A DNA stretch of 64,000 nucleotides from an uncultured Chloroflexia bacterium (GTDB lineage: Bacteria > Chloroflexota > Limnocylindria > Limnocylindrales > CSP1-4). Under the pieces are notes generated by a model. It was not told the origin of the DNA. It did no database searches and saw only the letters and a program-made list of their open reading frames with translations. Position numbers and translations under genes: made by a program. Of this stretch, positions 30,897 to 41,270 are shown in pieces. The stretch is from the NCBI GenBank assembly GCA_963833225.1, contig CAWHXD010000008.1:576001-640000 (forward strand), written 5' to 3'. Each line of letters opens with the position of its first letter. Position 1 is the first letter of the stretch.

Positions 30897-32042
30897 ATGG
30901 CCGAGCGGGTCCGGATCGGGGTCGTGGGCACCAGCTGGTGGGCGGACTCGATGTACCTGCCCGCGCTCACCCGACATCCGCTGGCGGACGTTCGCGCCGT
31001 CGTCGGCGGGCGCCCGGAACAGACGCGCGCCTTCGCCGAGCAGTGGGCCATTCCCAACACCTACCCGACGCTCGAGGCCATGCTCGACGGTGAGGCGCTG
31101 GACGCCGTCACGATCATGGCGCCCAACCTCCATCACCACCCGTACACCATGGCCGCGCTTGCTCGCGGGCTCCACGTGCTGTGCGAGAAGCCGCTTGGAA
31201 TGACCTCCGCCCAGGCGCGGGAGATGACCGAGACCGCCGAGCGGATGGGCGTGGTCAACATGTGCCCGTTCACCTACTCGTTCATGCCCTACGCCCGGTA
31301 CACGAAGGAGCTGGTCGACAGCGGCTACATCGGGCGTCCGTACCACCTCAACATGCGCTACTACGCGGACTACGGCCGCGATGGACGGTACATCTGGCGG
31401 TTCGATCTCGGTGAGGCCGGGGCGGGCGTGTCGGGGGACCTCGCGTCGCACTGGTCATACATCGCCCGCTGGCTGTTCGGCGAGGTTGCGGCAGTCACGG
31501 CGGTGTTCGGGCGGGTGGTGCCGCGGGCGCCGCGGCCCGATGGGGCGCCATTCGAGGCGGCCGAGGACTCGGCGATGATCCTGCTGGAGTTCGCATCCGG
31601 GGCCACCGGGAACCTCCATGTGTCCTCGGTGGCGTACGAGCCATCCCGGTTCGGGCAGCTCCATGCGTGGGAGCTGCACGGGTCCGAGGGGACGCTCCAC
31701 GTCACCTGCGACTGGGATGCCACGGAGCGCGTGGAGGGGGTGCGGATCGAGGGCGCCGAGGCGGACCGGACGGCCGAACGACCCCGGATCGCGGAGCTGC
31801 CGATCCCCGACCGCCTGTTCGATGGGCTGCGCCGGGACACGGTCCACAACACGTACAAGGACACGTTCCGCGAGCAGGACAACATGGCCCGCGGGTTCGT
31901 GACCGCGATCGCCGAAGGGGGCACGGCGGCGCCATCCTTCCGGGATGCCTGGGCGGTCCAGCGGATCGTGGATGCGGCCGGGCGATCGGCGCGCGAGGGG
32001 CGGCGGGTCACGATCGAGGAGATCGCAGCGGGCGAGCGGTAG
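30897..32042 (+). CDS. Gfo/Idh/MocA oxidoreductase
   Basis: RVRIGVVGT, HVLCEKPLG, GDLASH. Confidence 0.9.
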   Translation: MAERVRIGVVGTSWWADSMYLPALTRHPLADVRAVVGGRPEQTRAFAEQWAIPNTYPTLEAMLDGEALDAVTIMAPNLHHHPYTMAALARGLHVLCEKPLGMTSAQAREMTETAERMGVVNMCPFTYSFMPYARYTKELVDSGYIGRPYHLNMRYYADYGRDGRYIWRFDLGEAGAGVSGDLASHWSYIARWLFGEVAAVTAVFGRVVPRAPRPDGAPFEAAEDSAMILLEFASGATGNLHVSSVAYEPSRFGQLHAWELHGSEGTLHVTCDWDATERVEGVRIEGAEADRTAERPRIAELPIPDRLFDGLRRDTVHNTYKDTFREQDNMARGFVTAIAEGGTAAPSFRDAWAVQRIVDAAGRSAREGRRVTIEEIAAGER

Positions 32043-32053
32043 GCTTTGCGGCG

Positions 32054-33124
32054 ATGCCGGACGACACGCCCACTCCTGCGCCGCCGACCACCGCGCCGCC
32101 GCCGGACGACCTGACCGTCCGGCCTTCCGAGCGGCCCACTTCGCCGACGCCCCGCACGGTCGCCCACCCCGCGCTCCGCCTGTGGGCCGGCGCGATCGCG
32201 TTCCTCGCGCTCCTGGTCGCGACGTACGCGCTGTTCGTGCTGACCGAGGCCGGCCAGCGCCTGGAGAACCTGGGCCTCGAAGGCTCCGCGCTCCGGGCCG
32301 GGGCGACCCGTGCCGACTCCACCTTTGGGCTGGCGACCATCAGCGTCGTGTCGTTTGCGATCTCGATCGTGGTGGTCGTGCTCGTCGCCCTGCTCCGCCG
32401 TCGGCCGGCGCTGGCGGTCGCCACGGTCGTCGCGATGGGCGGCTCGGCCGTGCTGGGGGCGATCCTCAAGGACGTCCTCCCGCGCCCCGAGCTGGTCGAG
32501 GGGCCTGCCTGGCTGCTGCGGAACAGCTTCCCCAGCGGCCACGCGACGGTGGCCGCGGCCGTCGGCGCCGGCATCCTGATGGTCGCCCCCGGCCGTCTCC
32601 GCTGGATCGCCCTCCCGGTGGCGGCGATCGGCACGGCGGTCATCGGCCAGGCGACCCAGATCGCCGGCTGGCATCGGGCGAGCGACGCCATCGGATCCAT
32701 GCTGCTCGTGCTCGCCGTGGCCGCGACCTCGCTCGCCGTCCTCGCGGCCGGTGGGTTCGTGGAACCCGATCCCCGCGGCCGCGTTCACCGGCGGATTCAC
32801 GTGGGCCTGGTGGCGTCCGCGCTGCTCCTCATCGCCACGGCCGGCCTCATGGGGCTGCTGCCGCTCCTGTTCCCGTTGCTGCGAGCGCCCACCGGCGCCG
32901 AGGGCGTGTTCGTGCATCTCGGTCTCGGCCTCGCCGGAGCGGGGATCACGCTGCTCGCCTTCGTCGGCTTCGGGCGTCTCGAGGAGCCGCTGGGGCTCGG
33001 CCGGCGACCCGGCGCGGGTGAGGCGTCCGGCACGGCACGCGGAACCGGTACGGCACGCGGAACCGGCATTGCCCACGCGCCCGACGCGGTCCCGGCGAGC
33101 GACGAGGTCCGGGCGAGCGACTGA
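32054..33124 (+). CDS. PAP2-family membrane phosphatase
   Basis: KDVLPRP, SFPSGHA, GWHRASD; multiple TM segments. Confidence 0.85.
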   Translation: MPDDTPTPAPPTTAPPPDDLTVRPSERPTSPTPRTVAHPALRLWAGAIAFLALLVATYALFVLTEAGQRLENLGLEGSALRAGATRADSTFGLATISVVSFAISIVVVVLVALLRRRPALAVATVVAMGGSAVLGAILKDVLPRPELVEGPAWLLRNSFPSGHATVAAAVGAGILMVAPGRLRWIALPVAAIGTAVIGQATQIAGWHRASDAIGSMLLVLAVAATSLAVLAAGGFVEPDPRGRVHRRIHVGLVASALLLIATAGLMGLLPLLFPLLRAPTGAEGVFVHLGLGLAGAGITLLAFVGFGRLEEPLGLGRRPGAGEASGTARGTGTARGTGIAHAPDAVPASDEVRASD

Positions 33125-33179
33125 ACCCGGGCCTGGCTCCGCCAGGGGGCCTCGAACGGGCACGGGGTACCATGGGAGC

Positions 33180-35460
33180 GTGCCGAGAGCCGCCCTGCCG
33201 GGGTCGCCGACCGCCACGTCTGCGAGGGACAGCCACTTGCCCGAGCGCCTCCTGGTGGTGTCCAACCGCCTGCCGCTGACGATCCGGCGGAGCGGCGAGC
33301 GATGGCACGCGGAGCGCAGCAGTGGCGGGCTCGTGGCCGCGATGGCGCCCGTCATGGAGCAGACCGACGGCCTGTGGATCGGCTGGCCGGGCGAGGCGTC
33401 GCCGGGTGGCGCGGAAGGACGCGCGGAGCTGCTCCGCAAGCTGGAACGCGAGCAGGCGATGGTCCCGGTGGAGCTACCGGTCTCGGTCAGCCGCGCCTTC
33501 TACGAGGGATACAGCAACAACACGCTGTGGCCGCTGCTCCACGGCTTCCCATCCCGGGTCACCTTCGACGCCGCCGCCTTCGCCGCCTACCGGGACGCCA
33601 ATGCGCGGTTCGCCGACGCCGTGGTCGAGCGCCTCGGACCCGACGACCTGGTCTGGGTCCAGGACTACCAGCTGATGCTCCTGCCGGGCATGCTCCGCGA
33701 GCGCCGTCCGGATGCGCGGATCGCGTTCTTCCTCCATGTCCCCTTCCCCGCCCCCGAGACCTTCAGGGTGCTCCCCCAGCGAGAAGACCTGCTGCACGGC
33801 CTCCTGGGTGCCGACGTGATCGGGTTCCAGACCCACGAGCACCTGGGGTCGTTCCGGCGAACGGTCCTCTCGGTCCTGGGCCTGGCCAACCGGATGGACC
33901 GGCTGGACCTCGACGACCGCACGGTCTCCCTCCAGGCTCGTCCGATCGGGATCGAGCCGGACGCCTGGGAGCAGCTCGTGGAGAGCGACCGACGGGTGAT
34001 CACCCGGATCGGGGATCTCGAGCGCCGTCACACCGGCCGCCACCTCGTCATCGCGGTCGACCGGCTCGACTACACCAAGGGCATCCCGGAGCGGCTGCGG
34101 GCTCTTCGCTACCTGTTCCATGCCCATCCCGAGTGGCGGGGCCGCATCACCCTCATCCAGGTCGCGGTGCCGTCGCGGGAGGGGATCCCCCGCTACGCGG
34201 CGCTGCGGCGCGAGGTCAACGAGCTGGTCGGCGAGATCAACGGTGAGCTCGGATCCGCGGACTGGACACCGGTCATCTACCTGCGCCGGTCCGTGCCACG
34301 CCATGAGCTGGCCGCCCTGTACGCGGCCGCGGACGTGGCCTGGATCGCGTCGCTCCGTGACGGGATGAACCTCGTTGCCAAGGAATACGTGGCCTGCCAG
34401 GGCACGCGGGCCGGGGTCCTGTTGCTGAGCGAGTTCGCCGGCGCGGCCGGCGAGATGGGCGAGGCGGTGCGCATCAACCCCTACGACGAGCAGGGGTCCG
34501 CGGAAGCCTTGATCCGCGCGCTCGAGATGGACGAGGAGACTCGACGGGATCGCCAGGAGGCGCTCCGGGGACGGATCCGCCAGAACACGGCGATCGCCTG
34601 GGCGGAGCGCTCCGTGGCCGATCTGCGCGACGCCGTGACCGAGCGGCGCCGGACGGTCAAGGACCTTCCGGCCCCACGGGTGGACGAGCTCCGCGTGCGG
34701 TTCGCCGCCGCTCGGCAGCGGATCTGTTACCTCGACTACGACGGCACCCTGGTGCCGCTCGCCCCACGCCCGCAGGACGCGACGCCGGGGGCCGGCGTGA
34801 CCGAGGTCGTGGCGACCCTGGCCTCACGTCGGGACACCACCGTCGCGATCGTCTCGGGCCGGCGCACCGCGGACCTCGAGCGCTGGTTCGGGAACGTGGA
34901 GCACCTCTGGCTCGCGGCAGAGCACGGAGCCCTGGTCCGGGCACCCGACAGCCACGAGTGGGTGCCTCTCCACCCGGGGGCCAACGCGGACTGGAAGGAG
35001 CGCGTCCGCCCGCTGCTGGAGCACTTCGCGGAGCGTGTCCCGGGAAGCCTGATCGAGGAGAAGGAGTACGCGCTCGCGTGGCACTTCCGGCTCGCCGAGC
35101 GGGAATTCGGGAGACTGGTTCGCCAACGAGCTCGCGGCCACCCTGGACCACCAGCTCGGGGGCACGGATCTCGCCGTCCTGCGGGGCAACATGGTGGTGG
35201 AGGTCCGGTTCGCGTGGGCGAACAAGGGCGATGTCGCGGCGTCCATCCGGGCGGCGGGGCCCGCCGCGGACCTTGAGCTGGCCATCGGGGACGACCGGAC
35301 GGACGAGGACCTGTTCGAGCGCCTGTCCCCGGACGCCATCACCATCCGCGTCGGTGGCGGGTCCACGCGGGCGAAGTACCGGCTACCCACCGCGGCCGCG
35401 ACGGTCGCGCTGCTGGGCACCCTCGCCGAGGCCGTTCCCGCGGCCCGGACCCGGCGCTGA
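33180..35460 (+). CDS. otsAB: bifunctional trehalose-6-phosphate synthase/phosphatase; frameshift ~35112
   Basis: VVSNRLP, SSGGLV, WVQDYQL, VDRLDYTKG, DGMNLVAKEY, then LDYDGTL and AIGDDRTDED. Confidence 0.92.
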
Positions 35461-35498
35461 CCGCCCGCTGACCGCGCCCTGATCCCGGCAACGACGAA

Positions 35499-35531
35499 GC
35501 CGGCCCCGGGGACGATGTCCCGAGGCCGGCC
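35499..35531. terminator. hairpin between convergent otsAB and iolA
   Basis: gccggccccggggac-gat-gtcccgaggccggc. Confidence 0.55.
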
Positions 35532-35545
35532 GGCGATGCGAGTGT

Positions 35546-37072
35546 CTAGCCGTTGCCGGGGAAGACGAGGCTCAGCGGCCCCTGCTTGCCGGGCTCCGGC
35601 CAGCGCTCGGTGACCATCTTCTGCTGGGTGAAGAAGCGGACGCCGTCCTCACCGCGCATGGCCAGGTCGCCCATCGCGGACTCCTTGGCGCCCGCGAAGC
35701 TCATGTAGCCCGCGGGCACCGGGATCGGCACGTTGACGCCGATCATCGGGACCTCGGACTCGAGCTTGAAGCGCCGAGCCGCACCACCATCGGTCGTGAA
35801 CACCGCGGTGCCGTTGGCGTACTTGTGATCGTTGATGAGCTTGAGGCCCTCGTCGAAGGTGTCCGCGTACACGATGCTGAACACCGGGCCGAAGATCTCC
35901 TCCTGGTAGATCTTCATGTCCGGGGTGACATGGTCGAACAGGGTCACGCCCAGGAAGAACCCGTCGGGGTTCGGGCCCTCGAACTTGCGCCCGTCGACCA
36001 GGAGCTCGGCTCCCTCAGCCTCGCCCACGCCGATCCACTTGATGACCGACTGGCGATGCTCGTCCGTGTAGATGGGGCCCATGTCGGTCCCCGGCTCCAT
36101 GCCATCGCCGATCTTGAGCTTCGCGATCCGCTCCATGATCTTGGGCTTGAGGCGATCCGCGGTGTCGCCCACCGCGACCAGCATCGTCTGGGCCATGCAG
36201 CGCTCGCCGGCCGAGCCGAAGCCGGCTGCGACCGCCGCGTCCGCAGCGAGGTCCATGTCCGCGTCGGGCAGGACGAGCATCGCGTTCTTGGCGCTCGTGT
36301 AGGACCCGACGCGCTTGCCGCGCTTGGTGCCCTCCTCGTAGACGTACCGGCCCACGGACGTGGAGCCCACGAACTGGATGGCCCGGATGCCGGGGTGCTC
36401 GACGATGGCCTTGACCGCCTCACGGCCGCCGTAGACGATGTTGAATGTGCCATCCGGGCCGCCGGCCTGCGTCCACAGCTCCGCCTGGAGCTGGGTGGCG
36501 CCCGGGGTGTGGGAGGACGGCTTGAGGATGACGGTGTTGCCCGTCATCAGCGCGATCGGGTAGATCCAGGCCGGGACCATCACCGGGAAGTTGAACGGCG
36601 TGATCGCGGCCACGACACCCAGCGGGGCGCGGAACGTGAACGCGTCCACCTTGGTCGAGACGTTGGGGGTCATCATGCCGGCGAGATGGACCGGCAGGCC
36701 GCACGCGAAGTCGATCGTCTCGATGCCGCGCATGACCTCGGCCAGGGCGTCCGGGAACGTCTTGCCATGGTCGCGGGTGATGTACGCCGCGAGCTCCTCG
36801 CGATGCTCGTACATCAGGTTCCGGAACTGGAAGAAGATGTTGGAGCGCGCGATGAGCGGCATGTCGCGCCAGGCGGGGAAGGCCGCGCTGGCCGCGACGA
36901 CCGCCGCATCGACCTCGGCCTGGCCACCGCGCGGCACGCGGGCGAAGACCTTGCCCGTGGCCGGGTTCGTGATCGGGCCGGTCTGCTCGGGGAGGACCTC
37001 GACAGCCGTGCCATTGATGTAGTGGGACAGGATCGGCAGGACTGCCGTCTCGTCGCGGGTTTCGATCGTCAT
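35546..37072 (-). CDS. iolA: CoA-acylating (methyl)malonate-semialdehyde dehydrogenase
   Basis: ITPFNFP, FVGST, AGFGSAGERCMA, EEIFGPV, IGVNVPIPVP. Confidence 0.92.
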   Translation of the reverse strand: MTIETRDETAVLPILSHYINGTAVEVLPEQTGPITNPATGKVFARVPRGGQAEVDAAVVAASAAFPAWRDMPLIARSNIFFQFRNLMYEHREELAAYITRDHGKTFPDALAEVMRGIETIDFACGLPVHLAGMMTPNVSTKVDAFTFRAPLGVVAAITPFNFPVMVPAWIYPIALMTGNTVILKPSSHTPGATQLQAELWTQAGGPDGTFNIVYGGREAVKAIVEHPGIRAIQFVGSTSVGRYVYEEGTKRGKRVGSYTSAKNAMLVLPDADMDLAADAAVAAGFGSAGERCMAQTMLVAVGDTADRLKPKIMERIAKLKIGDGMEPGTDMGPIYTDEHRQSVIKWIGVGEAEGAELLVDGRKFEGPNPDGFFLGVTLFDHVTPDMKIYQEEIFGPVFSIVYADTFDEGLKLINDHKYANGTAVFTTDGGAARRFKLESEVPMIGVNVPIPVPAGYMSFAGAKESAMGDLAMRGEDGVRFFTQQKMVTERWPEPGKQGPLSLVFPGNG

Positions 37073-37152
37073 GTTTCCGGTGTTCCTCCTGGGGTTCCGC
37101 CTAGGGATGTCTTACCTAGATGTTCGTATGCGCGGTCAAGCCACCCGCGGGC

Positions 37153-38253
37153 TCATGCGCCCTTCAGGTCCGGGTTGGGCATCATGATGTCGCGGACCGT
37201 TCCCTGCAGATCGTGGTACGACTGGACGAAGCCGCGCAGGGTCCGAACGGCGGCTCCATAGCCCTCGAATTCCGCCGGCGTCAGGCCATCCGGCTCATAG
37301 GCCCGGCGGAAGTCCGGGATCCGCGCGAGCAGGTCGTCGATCAGGCGCTGATCAACCGGCTTGTCGATCCGGGACTCCGGGTCGATGCCGGATGCGTTGA
37401 ACCGGACCTGCCAGGCGTAGGGCATCGTGAGCACGACGTCGCCGCCCACGAGCTCGGTCCAGTGGAGACGGTGGCGGTAGGCCGCCGCGAGCAGCCGCGT
37501 CCGGTAGCCGCGCTCCTGGAAGATCTCGTAGGCCCGCTTGAACGCGGCCACGCCGGCCCAGTTCGCCGCATCGGGGTCGAGGGCGACATCGTCCTTGCCC
37601 ACGAGGACCTTCATCCAGTCGTCGAGCCGCCCGATCATCAGCGAGCAGACCGGGCTGAACTTGCTGGTGTCGCCGCCGGCCGCCTCGAAGCGGCGGAGGC
37701 CGCGCTCGACCGCCTCCGCGGCGGCGATGCACTGGGCGACCGTGAACACCACCGTGACGTTGACCACGACGCCCCGGGCGGTGGCATCCTCGGCGGCCTG
37801 GAGGCCGGCCGCGGTGCACGGGAACTTGACCTGGATGTTGGGGGCGAGAGTGTTGAAGTGGACCGCCTGCTCGGCCATGCGGGCCGAGTCGCGGTAGTTG
37901 GCCGGGTTCGTCTGGAGCGACAGGCGGCCCTTCATCCCGTCGTGGGCATCGAACACCGGCTGCAGGATGCCGGCGCCACGGGCGCCCATCTCCTCGATCA
38001 GCGCCCAGGTGAGCTCCACCTCGGACCACGTCGGGTGCTCCCCGATCATCTCGCGGACCCGCGGGACCCAGTGATCCTTCTCCTTCTTCATCACCTCGCC
38101 CACGATCACCGGGTTCGAGGTGGCGCCGGTGCCCCCGCGCTCAACCGCGTAGGCGAGCTCGGCGACGGCGCAGGAGTCGTTCCAGAAGTCCGTCGGGGTG
38201 GCCTCAACCATCCGGGACAGCGGGCTGTCGATCGTGGTCAGCGTGGTGGTCAT
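37153..38253 (-). CDS. transaldolase-family protein
   Basis: WNDSC, GATSNPVI, IQVKFP (Schiff-base Lys), NVTVVFT, MIGRLDD, LLAAAYR. Confidence 0.88.
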   Translation of the reverse strand: MTTTLTTIDSPLSRMVEATPTDFWNDSCAVAELAYAVERGGTGATSNPVIVGEVMKKEKDHWVPRVREMIGEHPTWSEVELTWALIEEMGARGAGILQPVFDAHDGMKGRLSLQTNPANYRDSARMAEQAVHFNTLAPNIQVKFPCTAAGLQAAEDATARGVVVNVTVVFTVAQCIAAAEAVERGLRRFEAAGGDTSKFSPVCSLMIGRLDDWMKVLVGKDDVALDPDAANWAGVAAFKRAYEIFQERGYRTRLLAAAYRHRLHWTELVGGDVVLTMPYAWQVRFNASGIDPESRIDKPVDQRLIDDLLARIPDFRRAYEPDGLTPAEFEGYGAAVRTLRGFVQSYHDLQGTVRDIMMPNPDLKGA

Positions 38254-38347
38254 GCGTTCTCCGTGAGCTGTGGCCCGGGGTGCCTGTCGCACTCCATATA
38301 ATCGATGATCGATGCTTTGGGCGCAAGGGCCGACCCGGCCGTGTTCC

Positions 38348-39244
38348 TTACGCTCGAGCGCTCGGCCCGTCAGCTGTTGGCGCGGGCGGCGTCCAGTTCA
38401 TGAGCCAGGCATGGTCCGGGTCCAGGGTGAAATGCCAGGCCCGGTTGGGGCCGGCCATCACGTTGAGGTAGTAGCAGTCGTAGCCTGCCGGCACGCCGAC
38501 CGGGTGATACCCCTCGGGCACCAGCACGATGTCGCCGTCCATCGGCGTCATCGCCTCGTCCAGGCGGCGGTCCGCCGTGTACACCCGGGCGAAGGCGAAC
38601 CCCTGGGCCGGCTTCGCGAACTTGTAGTAGTAGAGCTCCTCGAGCCGCGCCTCGACCGGCGGGTTCTCGGTGTCGTGCTTGTGGGGCGGGTAGCTGGACC
38701 AGTTCCCGCCCGGGGTGAACACCTCGAATGCGATCAGGCGCCCGGCCTCCGCCGCGGGCGGCAGCAGGTGATGGATGCGACGGGCCGTGCTGCCCTCCCC
38801 GCGCGCCTCGACGAGGATGTCCTCCGGCCTGATGAGCGCGGTCCGGCGGATGGGGCCTCCGGGGGCCGCGCCGATCGCCACGAGGGCACTGGTCGTGGCC
38901 GTGGCCGACAGTGAGCGTCCGGGCTCAACGAGCAGCAGCGGCGGCGGCGGGCCATCGAACACCGAGGCCCGGGACCCCTGCTCGCCGAGGTCGTCGTCGC
39001 CCGCCGTCAGGATGGCACGGCCCTCGAGGAGGAGGAGCAGTCGCTCCATCCCGTCCGCGGCTCGTTCGACGCGCTGTCCGGGCTCCAGGCGATAGACGTG
39101 GAACGCGGTGAACTCCCACCCTGCCGACGCGGGGTCGATGCCGCAGACCAGCCCGTCGGGACCGGGATCGGCCGCGCGGCGGAGGAGGCGCCGCGCGGCC
39201 GATCGGTCGGGATGGGCGATGGGATCCCCTGTGGGATGGGTCAT
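38348..39244 (-). CDS. iolB: 5-deoxy-glucuronate isomerase
   Basis: EVFTPGGNWSSYPPHKHD, LEELYYY, LVPEGYHP, YYLNVMAGP. Confidence 0.95.
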   Translation of the reverse strand: MTHPTGDPIAHPDRSAARRLLRRAADPGPDGLVCGIDPASAGWEFTAFHVYRLEPGQRVERAADGMERLLLLLEGRAILTAGDDDLGEQGSRASVFDGPPPPLLLVEPGRSLSATATTSALVAIGAAPGGPIRRTALIRPEDILVEARGEGSTARRIHHLLPPAAEAGRLIAFEVFTPGGNWSSYPPHKHDTENPPVEARLEELYYYKFAKPAQGFAFARVYTADRRLDEAMTPMDGDIVLVPEGYHPVGVPAGYDCYYLNVMAGPNRAWHFTLDPDHAWLMNWTPPAPTADGPSARA

Positions 39245-39325
39245 CGATGCAGGCACCTCCGCGTCGCCCGGCCAGACGTCGAGTCCCGACGGGATCTCCG
39301 TCCTGGTGCCCGATCGGCCAAGATC

Positions 39326-39374
39326 GGCAATCGATTACATGAGCAATCTTCGCGCACCCTGACCGCATCGTCAA
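39326..39374 (-). promoter_or_regulatory. iolB operon promoter + operator GGCAATCGATTACA (39326-39339)
   Basis: Minus strand TTGACG-18 bp-AAGATT, with the operator 5 nt downstream. Confidence 0.7.
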
Positions 39375-39444
39375 GGGATTCCGGCCGATTGCGAACGAAT
39401 CGGGCCCGCGCCACAATGCGGCCGGCGTGGTCGCTGCGGCCGGC

Positions 39445-39668
39445 GTGGCCGGACAGGCAACGGAATCGCCGCTGGCCATCCCCCGCACCGGCCGGCGTGG
39501 CCTGCCAGGCCACGGATTCGCCCTCGCTGGGTCCGCTGACCGGTCTTCGTGGACTCTCAGGCCACAGGTTCGCCGGGCCCGGCCACCGTCGCCCGGTTTC
39601 GTGGCCTGCCAGGCAACGGACTCAGGGGCCGGGGTCGCGGTGCCGGGTTTCGTCGCCTGCCAGGCAAC
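39445..39668. repeat. array of five 17-bp palindromes (GTGGCCTGCCAGGCMAC), 51-52 bp period, with different spacers
   Basis: Copies at 39445, 39497, 39549, 39601, 39652. Confidence 0.85.
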
Positions 39669-39848
39669 GGCGCGGAACGGATCGCCACGTCCGCGGAACG
39701 GATCGCCACGGCCAGGGAACCCGCGAGATGGCCACGGAACCGGTATCCGGAGCCGCGCGTGACGCCGCGGTAGCGGCCCTGGAACGTCCAGCAGCCCGGG
39801 CCGGCGAGGGACCGGACCCGGGCGGTGACGAGCTGCCGTGGATGAACG

Positions 39849-41171
39849 TCAGCGCTTCTGCGACTTGCCGTCCACGGTCCGCATCCGCGCGGCCGTGCTG
39901 GCCGCGAAGTGCATCGCCTTGCGCGCCATCTCGGGCATCGGGGCCGCTAGCTGGGCCTCGTTGGTCACCAGCTCCTGCTCGAGCTCCGCGAGCATCGCGT
40001 CGCCGTGCGCGTACTCGTGGACTCTGCGCCGGACGCCCCCGAGCGCGTGGCGCGCGTCCTCGAACCGGCCCTCGCGGTTGAGCCGCACGGCCTCCTGCCT
40101 GGCGCGCTCGGCGAACAGGCGGGCGACGACCCGGTCGACCTCAACGTCCCGCGGCTGGCCGTCGTTGGCGGGATGATCCGCGTACTGCCAGGCGAGCGAC
40201 ACCGGGGCGGCGGCGGGCGTCGCGAGCTCGAACACCCGGTCCCGGTCCACGACCCGCACCACCGCGCCCAGCTCGCGACCGAGATCGCCGTAGTCGAAGC
40301 TCAGCCGGAGGGCGATGGTGAGCACCTGGCCCGACACCATGTCGCCCAGGTGGATCCGCGCGTAGCCGGGTCCCTGCTCGATGCGGAACGGGCTGAGCGA
40401 CTCGACGCGGACGGACTCGGGCAGCGTGAGGTCCACGACGACCTCCCGGGCGACGATGTCCAGGGTCTCGCCGACCTCGGAGGTGATGTGGTCGCGCATC
40501 GCCGCCACGTCACCCGCGAAGTAGAAGTGGCCGCCACCGCTGTCGGCCATGGCCTGGAGCAGCGACTCGTCGAAGTCCGTGCCCACGCCGAACGTGGACG
40601 TTGAGATCCCGCGCTGGCGGAGGTCGTGGGCGGTGCCGGCGAGCTGGCCGGGGTCCGTGACCCCCTTGTTGGCCAGACCGTCGGTCAGCAGCAGGACCCG
40701 GTTCACGCCGTCGGGTGCGAGCGCTGCGGCAACCTGCTCGCAGCCGGTGAGCCAGCCACCGTGCAGGTCCGTGCTGCCGCGCGGTTCCACGGGACCCAGG
40801 CGCCGGGCCGCCTCGCCGCGGGCCTCGGGGGTGGCCAGGGTGCCGGGCATCACGACGTCGATCAGGCTGTCGTAGGTCACGACGGAGAACCGGTCGGCGG
40901 GATCAAGGCGGTGGACCGCCTCGAGGACCGCCTGCTTGGCCAGCCCGAGCTTGTTGTGCCCGCCCATGGACCCGGACCGGTCCAGGACGAACGCGAGGTT
41001 CACGGGCGGGCGGCGGCGAGCAGGATCCGCCTGGATGGTGGGTGCCGTGACGTCGATGACGAGGAACCGCCGGCTGCGGCCGCTGGCCCGGATGAGCCGC
41101 CGGTCGGGGCGGACGGTGAGGCGCGCACCGACCAGGCGGTCGGCGGGCTGGGGGGTCTGCGGGTGGGTCAC
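39849..41171 (-). CDS. vWA-domain protein
   Basis: VNLAFVLDRSGSM (MIDAS), RVLLLTDGLAN, TFGVGTDFDE.LLQAMA..GGGHFYF. Confidence 0.9.
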   Translation of the reverse strand: MTHPQTPQPADRLVGARLTVRPDRRLIRASGRSRRFLVIDVTAPTIQADPARRRPPVNLAFVLDRSGSMGGHNKLGLAKQAVLEAVHRLDPADRFSVVTYDSLIDVVMPGTLATPEARGEAARRLGPVEPRGSTDLHGGWLTGCEQVAAALAPDGVNRVLLLTDGLANKGVTDPGQLAGTAHDLRQRGISTSTFGVGTDFDESLLQAMADSGGGHFYFAGDVAAMRDHITSEVGETLDIVAREVVVDLTLPESVRVESLSPFRIEQGPGYARIHLGDMVSGQVLTIALRLSFDYGDLGRELGAVVRVVDRDRVFELATPAAAPVSLAWQYADHPANDGQPRDVEVDRVVARLFAERARQEAVRLNREGRFEDARHALGGVRRRVHEYAHGDAMLAELEQELVTNEAQLAAPMPEMARKAMHFAASTAARMRTVDGKSQKR

Positions 41172-41270
41172 GTGGGACCTCCTTCTCGATGGCTGGTCGA
41201 GGCCCGGGATGGGGCGGGTCTCAGGGCATGGCTGGCCCGCGGGATGAGCGGGCTGACGGTGATGGCGGAT

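Noticed and set aside
38297-38310. Eighth LacI operator upstream of transaldolase (TATAATCGATGATC)
   Set aside because: Four mismatches to the consensus and the right half-site is broken, so it is too weak to call.
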